Source of the DNA: Lingula anatina
Taxonomy: Eukaryota > Animalia > Brachiopoda
Direction of reading: 5' to 3'
DNA length: 64,000 bases
Assembly: GCA_051362555.1 (NCBI GenBank)
Contig: CM120645.1
Span: 10,664,001 to 10,728,000, forward strand
Shown here: piece after piece, positions 1 through 11,600 of the stretch
Layout of the letters: the number at the start of each line of letters is the position of its first letter
Numbering within the stretch: position 1 is the stretch's first letter
The notes under the pieces: model-generated
The model's database searches: none
What the model was told of the DNA's origin: nothing
What the model saw: the letters and a program-made list of their open reading frames with translations, nothing else
Program-made: the position numbers and the translations under genes

Positions 1-1890
1 GGCGTTTTAAAACACCCCACCTCAATATGCAAAAATGAAGGAACAGGTCCAGGTCACGTGGTCGGGTGACGTCACAACATATGCTTTTAGTTTTTATGGA
101 AATTTAATTTATGCAACATGTTGTTACACACATTCAAACAATGATTTTGACAGCTTTCTAAGAGTTGAAAAATGTAAAAAAATCTATTTTTTACATTAAC
201 TCTTTAGAATGCAACCAACCAATGAGCCTACGCCGACATTACTGTACAAGATTGGTAATAAGTAAAGGGACAGTGTACAAAACTGCTGAAAAACACATGG
301 CAAAGAATGCCAGTGTAAAGTGGGAGTCTGTGTAACAGCGTCCGGCGACTCTGCTCTTCATTTAATTCATACAGGTTCAGGCTAGTGTAATGTAAGTAGG
401 TCAAATGTAGAACTGGGCTTGCCTGTACGCATCACTGGGAATCTAAACCTGTAACACAGGGACCTCTCTAATACATGCTAATAATCAGAAGTGTCAGGCC
501 TGGAACTGATAGAGCCTGCCGTGAAACTTCCTCAAATACAAAAAGTCAGAAGAGTAAGAAAAAAAAAAGACATTTAAATCTTCGCCCTTTACGGCAGTGC
601 ACCACAGTTTAAAATCAATTCTTAATGGCGTGTAACGTACCTTAAACCGCCAGCACTGGAAGGGGGTCTTGAAGTGCCACTTTTTGGTAACTACACGTAT
701 AGGGTAGGACCTATAATTTCGTGTCGCTAGCAGTGTTGTCAGGATGTTTACAGTTATAAATAAAAATATAAATGATAAATTTAAATCCAGCAGTTACCAA
801 TACACAATTAAATCTTTTGTGTGTATTTTTCAGGTAATAATTGTGCAGATTGGCTTTCATCTCGGTGTGCCAAGCGATACCACGCCAACAACAATTCGTG
901 TCACTATCGGAATTGTGCCGCCAGCAGGCTGCCGCAGTGTATAAAGTACATAGCTCCTCTTTTAATTGAAGAGCTGGCTCAAGTGGAGAATAAATGTTTT
1001 GAGTCAACTGCCCTTACATATTCAACTGCGTCCGTCATAACCATGACAACGTAACTGTATGGTCACCAAAAAAAGAGTTTTCTTGCTACTTAGGCCTATC
1101 CAGTTAAACCGTTTGAAGAGATGACGAATTTGAGTGATGTTGTTACTACGAAATAGAAAGTGTCACTTTATTTTGCAAGAGACAAGCCGCCAATGCGATT
1201 GCCTTTTTTATTATAATCTTTATAAATCAGTGTAGCCAACTCCTATTAGACATGCGTAAGATTTTATTTCAGTAACATGATACTTGATTAATAAACACCT
1301 ACTTAGTCATGCAAAATAAATGCATTCGTTGTTATGTAGAAAAAAAAAGGTAAAACACAGTTTCGGATTCTATATTTCAACAACAACAACAACGACGACG
1401 TTTTCAGGCAGGGGACAGAGATGACTAGTTCTGGTTTATTAATGGGATTTTTTCTCTAAGTAAGCACCGTATTTACTGAGCAAGCACGGTAAGCATTTTA
1501 AATTTGTTAAACAGTTGACAGTAAAGGAAGAATAATAATTAAAGACCATTACATACGGGACAAATAATAACATCACTGCTGTATTCTCACACTGGAGTAC
1601 TCATGATATTATGAAGGTCCGATCTGGTTTCACCCCAATGAAATTTTGCTCCTTTCGTGCTTGCGCTTAAAATCATAAGTCGTTTCCAGCATTTTCGATA
1701 TTAACATATTGCAAAACTAAGTCCTGGAGTCTTCAAATGAATTACACTTCTTTCTATGTACTCTTTCTATGTAACACAACTGACATCTGGTCGCTCAAAC
1801 TTCTGAACACTGCACATAATGGATCTGGTGCAACTTTGGAAACATCCTCATTTGGAATTTCCGTCAATCCCTTAAAGTAGGTGATCATTT

Positions 1891-1951
1891 TTACATGGTC
1901 GAGTTATCACGGTTAGAAATTGCGTGGACGACGTTAGATTGGCGTCCTTTC
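1891..1951 (-). CDS. CUB gene last coding exon (cytoplasmic tail WKGRQSNVVHAISNRDNSTM*)
   Basis: TTTCAG acceptor at 1952-1957; phase 2 matches the TG|GTATGC donor after the TM; TAA at 1893-1891. Confidence 0.7.
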
Positions 1952-3531
1952 CTGAAAGACAAAATGTCATGTTCACCTGGCTTATTTCAATTATTTACGG
2001 CAAATAATATCCGTAAGATATTATCAAAACGTTTTTTGGTAATAATATAGAAGTCAAAATGAGTGTGAAAAAAAAACAGACAAAACGAGTGAACTAAACA
2101 TAAATATTAGTTTAGTTATCATGTCATATAAACTACGTCACAGAATGCAATCACAGATTTTACATTGAATGCAAAACAATCTAAAAATGTCAATGGTCTG
2201 ACACTTTGGTATGCTATGCTGAGGAACTGAGAGCCAACAAATCTGAAATGACAGTGAATTTATATGCATACCATTTGATGAATAAAAACGCTCCCAGTGT
2301 TACAATTATTATAACAGCTATGGCTCCTGCTGTGCCCCCGACTACGGCAGCAGCCAACCTCCTTGCTTCTTCTTCTTTAGCCTTTTGGATCACCTGACCG
2401 GCAGTGGCAGGGGAAGTGACATTGTTCGGCATTGTGGGCGGATGTGTTGCTGATTGCTCATTTAAGGTGACGGACTGCGACGAGACATATTCAATTGACT
2501 CTGGGCTTGCTGATGGTTGAATAGATTGGTATGTAATAAATTCTGAAGGTGTTGGCGTCATCTGAGACATGGTATACGTTGACAGTGTATTGGTTGTTGT
2601 CACAATGGCCCGTGCTGAATAAGGTTGTGTCGTCTGAAGTGAGCCGGAAGCACCAGTAACTAGAGACGGTTGTCCACTGTGGATTGGGATATAGCTTGAG
2701 GCATCGAAGTTTGGAGGTGCTGAAGACTGCTGTTCAGTTTGTGACGGAGTGACTGTGTTTGCCTCCGTTGGTAGAACCTTCTCGGAACCCGTCACCAGGT
2801 TTTGAAGCGACACTGAAGTTGATACCAATAAAGCAGTTGGTTGAACGCCATAGTCACTAAAACTGCAAAATTCAAGTGATTTTTTGTTTGAGTGTGTGTG
2901 TGTGTATGTGTGTGTGAGTGTGTGTGTGTGTGTGGAAACTTTAATCGTTTGAAATGTGTTTGTAAGTTTATTTTCAGGTGAACATTAAAAATTTCTCAAA
3001 GGGCTTCGTTAACATTCAAGCTCTCTCTCCAACAGTACGGAGACAGGCGATGATATTAACTGGGTAATTTGCACTATTATTCAATACAAAACTTTTTTAA
3101 TAAAGGGTGGATCACACCTGCATGTTTGAGCGCTTGAGAGAGAGAGAGAGAGAGGTGCCACTCACCTGGCGTTATTATAAGTCTAAATCCAGATCCAACA
3201 AAAAAATCATCACTGTGAAAATGAATGTAAATTGGACTGTAATAGGTACCACTGACTGGCGTACTTCCACAAAATATTTGGGACTCTCCAGAATAACTCG
3301 TTAGCTTTAGATAGTCATAATCGCAGTCTGTGTCATCCTCTATGTCTAAAGAATCGATCGAGTACTCCAGAACCTAAAATCAAGGACGTAAAGCTTAGCA
3401 GCATGTATAAGAGTCGATAATCATTTAGTCGATCAAGTAGGGGCATACTGGGGTACAATAAGAGCCGCAGATGTACAAATCACACTATCAATTCCACCTG
3501 TTTACCAACAATCAATCATATCTATATCTCA

Positions 3532-3565
<34 letters not shown>

Positions 3566-6500
3566 AGTTGCATTATAATGCTTGTTACAATTTTGAAGCA
3601 AAAGTCACCATAAAACAAGGAGCGTGAGAGGCACCTACGCCTACCCTAGTACCTACGCTGTTGTCTACTGTGATATAGAAGTAAAGATATAAAGCCGATG
3701 CATCGCTTTTAAGTAATGACGTTGATACGTACATTCCTAAGCAGAATTTTGAATTTCATAAAAAAAAATCATGCGTTTCTGCAAATAACGCTCATCTCAG
3801 TAACAAGTGCAGAAAAATCACACATTAAAAAAAAGAAAGAAAGAAAAAAAAACGCAAAACCTGCCGTACTCGAGTGCGCTCAGTAGTATTATTCATTTAT
3901 ACACAAGAACCATGTAGTACCTATTTTTTTAATATTAAATATGTATTAAATATTCTATTTATAATTATAAAGACCATACCTCTCCGTTGGGGGCGTTCAC
4001 TTGCCAGTGACAGTCCAAGTCGCTAGAATACGATCCATCCCCAGGCCAAGGGTCTATGGTCACCGGAGCGGTCAGCACAGTGGGGTTCGAAGCTGGTGGG
4101 CAGACTTGTCCTTGGGATTCTAGAGTATAGAGTAGAAAATTGAAAAAAAAACTTTCAAGCAGTTCAAAAATAATGGGACAATTTCCCACAAAACACTTCT
4201 GTGCCCCTCGTTGGTGGTATGCCATGCGGCTTATAGGAGATGATTGCAGTACGCCGTAAACGCACATGCTACTAAACAAGTAACTATAGAAGAGTGCTTT
4301 CTGTTGTAAATTTGATTAAATTTGGTGCGTCTTTGCGATTTTATGGCCAATTATTATTTATGTGAAAATCACTATAAAAACTCATTCTTGAGGGGGTGCA
4401 TAGTCCTACTTTGAATAAAAATATTTTTTTGTGAGAAATGACGACAGCAGTCTGGAGCTTTCGAACGTTTTTTCACCGACTTACTTTTTCACAGAATGTA
4501 CAAGTATTTATACACTATTTCCCGAAGAATTTTCTATTCTCATATTACAAAATTCTATTCAATATTTCCTAATTTAGTAATTTAAATGAGACTTTTTTAT
4601 GATTTAAAATATTTAAAATATTTCCCGAATTACTCATCTTGGATCTTGTCCAACTCGAGTATGCATGAGTTTTACACATGTTAAAAACGTGCAAATCGAT
4701 AGAAAAATTAACCAATCAGATCCAACTATATCTCACTCTGAAATGTTCCACCCTTTCTTGTTTCGAGAACAGTCTCTACACTCGTTGACACTTCAAGACG
4801 TTTTACTTTGCACTCAATAACTTCCTACACCTTTAATTCTGTTTTAATTGTTTTGTAATTATCGAAAGAGTATGTCATTTGCTTTACAACATATGGTATA
4901 AATTGTGTATGTCTTCAGAGGAATTTCGGCTTTTCTTTATTCAAGTCTGATGTTAAATATAGTATTCTAGCTCGGTTTACAGCTATCGTGATAATTTGTC
5001 AACAAAAGCACAAATGATTGAAAGTGGGACAAATTTTGAGTAATAGTTTATATCTACCAGTGATCATATTGCTTCTGACTGGCGGATGACAATAGAAACC
5101 CATAAACAAGCAAAGTGTAGTTTATTTCGACCATAAACACCTGTCGGTGAAGATGAGAGGAGAGCAATTTTTGAAATAATTCAAGTGACACCTTTCAGGA
5201 ATTCACTGAATTCACAAATGCTGGAAAGATTACTTTGTTATAAAAATCTCCACCTTTACCTTTGATATATTTGATATGGGAGACTGAATACATTACACAA
5301 ACACGCCATAAATACTGACATCTAACTTAAATTAAAACACCTATTTTCATTGAAACGGCTTCAGGCCAACTACTAGAGCCACAATACCCGTTTTCAAGGT
5401 GTGTATCAGTACGCGCTTCGAAGTATCAGACGCGACACCGCTCACGCCTAGTACCCGATGTGATAGTGATGATTCTCAGCGAGGTTGTAAAGTAGGCGCA
5501 TCTCATCTCAAAATTTGTTCCGGGGTATGATACTGTGAAATGCGTACTGACGCACACCATGAAAACGGGTAGTGTGGTCCGATCTATCGGTGAATTCTGG
5601 ATCAATTGGTGCCGAGTCTGGTAGTTGGGTAGGCCTGCCCGCACGAAAATGAAGTAGTATCGAAGTAGCAAAGAAGCATTGACGCAGTACTGGTGTGGAG
5701 CATATTTGCAGTAGAAATGCAGCATAGCCTACTGCAATTCTACTTCAAAAATTACATAGGGTTGTACAGAGGAGGAGCATTAATGCAGTAGATTAGCAGC
5801 ATGATAGAAGCATGTTTCAAATATGCTAATTAGCTTCCACATCGAAGCAGATTTGAAGCATGTTTGCAGTATGATTGCAGTAGTCTACTGCGCTGGAGTA
5901 TCTACTTCGTTTTCGTGCGGGTGGGTTTCGTCGTTAACATTCAAGCTTTCTCTCCAACAGTAATGAGACAGGCGATGATATTAACTGGGTAATTTGCACT
6001 ATTATTCAATACAAAACTTTTTTTAATAAAGAGTGGATCACACCTGCACGTTCGAGCGCTTGAGAGAGAGAGAGAGAGAGGTGCCACTCACCTGGCGTTA
6101 TTACAAGTCTAAATCCAGATCCAACCGTAGAATCATCACTGTGAAAATGGATGTAAACTGGGCTGTAATAGGTACCACTGACTGGCGTACTTCCACAAAA
6201 TATTTGGGACTCTCCAGAATAACTTGTTAGCTTTAGATAGTCATAATCGCAGTCTGTGTCATCCTCTATGTCTAAAGAATCGATCGAGTACTCCAGAACC
6301 TAAAATCAAGGACGTTAAGCTTAGCAGCATGTATAAGAGTCGATAATCATTTAGTCGATCAAGTAGGGGCATACTGGGGTACAATAAGAGCCCCGGATGT
6401 ACAAATCACACTATCAATTCCACCTGTTTACCAACAATCAATCATATTCATATCTCATCTCTCTCTCTCTCTCTTTCTCTCTCTCTTAGTTGCATTATAA

Positions 6501-8645
6501 TGCTTGTTACAATTTTGAAACAAAAGTCACCACAAAACAAGAAGCGTGAGAGGCACCTACGCCTACCCTAGTACCTACGCTGTTGTCTACTGTGATATAG
6601 AAGTAAAGATATAAAGCCGACGCATCGCTTTTAAGTAACATGACGTTGATACGTCCATTCCTAAGCAGAATTTTGAATTTGATAAAAAAAAATCATGCGT
6701 TTCTGCAAATAACGCCCATCCCAGTACAAGTGCAGAAAAATCACACATTAAAAAAAAGAAAGAAAGAAAAAAAAAACCAAAACCTGCCGTACTCGAGTGC
6801 GCTCAGTAGTATTATTCATTTATACACAAGAACCATGTAGTACCTATTTTTTTGATATTCTATTTATAATTATAAAGACCATACCTCTCCGTTGGGGGCG
6901 TTCACTTGCCAGTGACAGTCCAAGTCGCTAGAATACGATCCATCCCCAGGCCAAGGGTCTATGGTCACCGGAGCGGTCAGCACAGTGGGGTTCGAAGCTG
7001 GTGGGCAGACTTGTCCTTGGGATTCCAGAGTAGAAAATTGAAAAAAAAATTCAAGCAGTTCAAAAATAATGGGACAATTTCCAACAAAACACTCCTGTGC
7101 CCCTCGTTGGTGGTATGCCATGCGGCTTATAGGAGATAATTGCAGTACGCCGTAAACGCACATGCTACTAATTAACAAGTGACTTTTGAAGAGTGCATTC
7201 TGATGTAAATTTGATTAAATTTGGTGCTCTTTGCGATTTTATGGCCAATTATTATTTATGTGAAAATCACTATAAAAACTCATTCTTGAGGGGGTGCATA
7301 TTCCTACTTTGAGTAAATGTTTTATAGTGAGAAATTCAGCAGTCTGGAGCTTTCGAACGTTTATTCACCGACTTACTTTTTCACAGAATCTACAAGTATT
7401 TATACACTATTACCCGAAGAATTTTCTATTCTCATATAACAAAACTCTATTCAATATTTCCTAATTCAGTAATTTAAATGAGACTTTTTTTATGATTTAA
7501 AATATTTAAAATATTTCCCGAATTACTCATCTTGGATCTTGTCCAACTCGAGTATGCATGAGTTTTACACATGTTAAAAAAGTGCAATCTATAGAAAAAT
7601 TAACCAATCAGATCCAACTATATCTGACTCTGAAATGTTCCACCCTTTCTTGCTTCGAGAACAGTCTCTACACTCGTTGACAATTCACTTTGCACTCAAT
7701 AAATTCCCACACATTTAATTCTGTTTTAATTGTTTTGTAATTATCGAAAGAGTATGCCATTTGCTTTACAACATATGGTATAAATTGTGTATGTCTTCAG
7801 AGGAATTTCGGCTTTTCTTTATTCAAGTCTGATGTTAAATATAGTATTCTAGCTCGGTTTACAGCTATCGTGATAATTTGTCAACAAAAGCACAAATGAT
7901 TGAAAGTGGGACAAATTTTGAGCAATAGTTTATATCTACCAGTGATCATATTGTTATTGACTGGCGGATGACAATAGAAAACCCATCAACAAGCAAAGTG
8001 TACTTTATTTCGACCATAAACACCAGTCGGTGAAGATGAGAGGAGAGCACTTTTTGAAATAATTTAGATGACACCTTACAGGAATTCACTGAATTCACTA
8101 GCAAACGCTGGAAAGATTACTTTGTTATAAAAATCTCCATCTTTACCTTTGATATATTTGATATGGGAGACTGAATACATTACACAAACAGGCCATAAAT
8201 ACTGACATCTAACTTTAATTAAAACACCTATATTCATTGAAACGGCTTCAGGCCAACTACCAGAGCCACAATACCCGTTTTCAAGGTGTGTATCAGTACG
8301 CGCTCCGAATTATCAGACGCGACACCGCTCACGCCTAGTACCCGATGTGATAGTGATGATTCTCAGCGAGGTTGTAAAGTAGGCGCATCTCATCTCAAAA
8401 TTTGTTCCGGGGTATGATACTGTGAAATGCGTACTGACGCACACCATGAAAACGGGTAGTGTGGCCCGATCTACCGGTGAATTCCGGATCAATTGGTGCC
8501 GAGTCTGGTAGTTGGGTAGGCCTGGGTTTCGTCGTTATCATTCAAGCTTTCTCTCCAACAGTAATGAGACAGGCGAGTAATTTGCACTATTATTCAATAC
8601 AAAACTTTTTTAATAATAGATGGATCACACCTGCACGTTCGAGCG

Positions 8646-8684
<39 letters not shown>

Positions 8685-11600
8685 AGTGCCACTCACCTGG
8701 CGTTATTACAAGTCTAAATCCAGATCCAACCGTAGAATCATCACTGTGAAAATGGATGTAAACTGGGCTGTAATAGGTACCACTGACTGGCGTACTTCCA
8801 CAAAATATTTGGGACTCTCCAGAATAACTTGTTAGCTTTAGATAGTCATAATCGCAGTCTGTGTCATCCTCTATGTCTAAAGAATCGATCGAGTACTCCA
8901 GAACCTAAAATCAAGGACGTTAAGCTTAGCAGCATGTATAAGAGTCGATAATCATTTAGTCGATCAAGTAGGGGCATACTGGGGTACAATAAGAGCCCCG
9001 GATGTACAAATCACACTATCAATTCCACCTGTTTACCAACAATCAATCATATTCATATCTCATCTCTCTCTCTCTCTCTTTCTCTCTCTCTTAGTTGCAT
9101 TATAATGCTTGTTACAATTTTGAAACAAAAGTCACCACAAAACAAGAAGCGTGAGAGGCACCTACGCCTACCCTAGTACCTACGCTGTTGTCTACTGTGA
9201 TATAGAAGTAAAGATATAAAGCCGACGCATCGCTTTTAAGTAACATGACGTTGATACGTCCATTCCTAAGCAGAATTTTGAATTTGATAAAAAAAAATCA
9301 TGCGTTTCTGCAAATAACGCCCATCCCAGTACAAGTGCAGAAAAATCACACATTAAAAAAAAGAAAGAAAGAAAAAAAAAACCAAAACCTGCCGTACTCG
9401 AGTGCGCTCAGTAGTATTATTCATTTATACACAAGAACCATGTAGTACCTATTTTTTTGATATTCTATTTATAATTATAAAGACCATACCTCTCCGTTGG
9501 GGGCGTTCACTTGCCAGTGACAGTCCAAGTCGCTAGAATACGATCCATCCCCAGGCCAAGGGTCTATGGTCACCGGAGCGGTCAGCACAGTGGGGTTCGA
9601 AGCTGGTGGGCAGACTTGTCCTTGGGATTCCAGAGTAGAAAATTGAAAAAAAAATTCAAGCAGTTCAAAAATAATGGGACAATTTCCAACAAAACACTCC
9701 TGTGCCCCTCGTTGGTGGTATGCCATGCGGCTTATAGGAGATAATTGCAGTACGCCGTAAACGCACATGCTACTAATTAACAAGTGACTTTTGAAGAGTG
9801 CATTCTGATGTAAATTTGATTAAATTTGGTGCTCTTTGCGATTTTATGGCCAATTATTATTTATGTGAAAATCACTATAAAAACTCATTCTTGAGGGGGT
9901 GCATATTCCTACTTTGAGTAAATGTTTTATAGTGAGAAATTCAGCAGTCTGGAGCTTTCGAACGTTTATTCACCGACTTACTTTTTCACAGAATCTACAA
10001 GTATTTATACACTATTACCCGAAGAATTTTCTATTCTCATATAACAAAACTCTATTCAATATTTCCTAATTCAGTAATTTAAATGAGACTTTTTTTATGA
10101 TTTAAAATATTTAAAATATTTCCCGAATTACTCATCTTGGATCTTGTCCAACTCGAGTATGCATGAGTTTTACACATGTTAAAAAAGTGCAATCTATAGA
10201 AAAATTAACCAATCAGATCCAACTATATCTGACTCTGAAATGTTCCACCCTTTCTTGCTTCGAGAACAGTCTCTACACTCGTTGACAATTCACTTTGCAC
10301 TCAATAAATTCCCACACATTTAATTCTGTTTTAATTGTTTTGTAATTATCGAAAGAGTATGCCATTTGCTTTACAACATATGGTATAAATTGTGTATGTC
10401 TTCAGAGGAATTTCGGCTTTTCTTTATTCAAGTCTGATGTTAAATATAGTATTCTAGCTCGGTTTACAGCTATCGTGATAATTTGTCAACAAAAGCACAA
10501 ATGATTGAAAGTGGGACAAATTTTGAGCAATAGTTTATATCTACCAGTGATCATATTGTTATTGACTGGCGGATGACAATAGAAAACCCATCAACAAGCA
10601 AAGTGTACTTTATTTCGACCATAAACACCAGTCGGTGAAGATGAGAGGAGAGCACTTTTTGAAATAATTTAGATGACACCTTACAGGAATTCACTGAATT
10701 CACTAGCAAACGCTGGAAAGATTACTTTGTTATAAAAATCTCCATCTTTACCTTTGATATATTTGATATGGGAGACTGAATACATTACACAAACAGGCCA
10801 TAAATACTGACATCTAACTTTAATTAAAACACCTATATTCATTGAAACGGCTTCAGGCCAACTACCAGAGCCACAATACCCGTTTTCAAGGTGTGTATCA
10901 GTACGCGCTCCGAATTATCAGACGCGACACCGCTCACGCCTAGTACCCGATGTGATAGTGATGATTCTCAGCGAGGTTGTAAAGTAGGCGCATCTCATCT
11001 CAAAATTTGTTCCGGGGTATGATACTGTGAAATGCGTACTGACGCACACCATGAAAACGGGTAGTGTGGCCCGATCTACCGGTGAATTCCGGATCAATTG
11101 GTGCCGAGTCTGGTAGTTGGGTAGGCCTGGGTTTCGTCGTTATCATTCAAGCTTTCTCTCCAACAGTAATGAGACAGGCGAGTAATTTGCACTATTATTC
11201 AATACAAAACTTTTTTAATAATAGATGGATCACACCTGCACGTTCGAGCGCTTGAGAGAGAGAGAGAGAGAGAGAGAAAGAAGTGCCACTCACCTGGCGT
11301 TATTACAAGTCTAAATCCAGATCCAACCATAGAATCATCACTGTGAAAATGAATGTAAATTGGATTGTAATAGGTACCACTGGCTGGCGTACTTCCACAA
11401 AATATTTGGGACTCTCCAGAATGACTTGTTAGCTTTAGATAGTCATAATAGCAGTCTATGTCATCCTCTATGTCTAAAGAATCGATCGAGTACTCCAGAA
11501 CCTAAAATCAAGGACGTAAAGCTTAGCAGCATGTATACATGTAAGAGTCGATAATCATTTAGTCGATCAAGTAGGGGCATACTGGGGTACAATAAGAGCC

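Noticed and set aside
1-1500. CpG-containing stretch with short ORFs at the window start
   Set aside because: Probably repeat fragments or 3' flank of the CUB gene; no paired termini or protein motif could be established.
3107-11554. Plus-strand ORFs repeated in each tandem unit (MDHTC..., MTLIRP..., MPVTVQ...)
   Set aside because: Antisense shadows of CUB exons or intron/microsatellite translations; they recur only because the DNA is duplicated.
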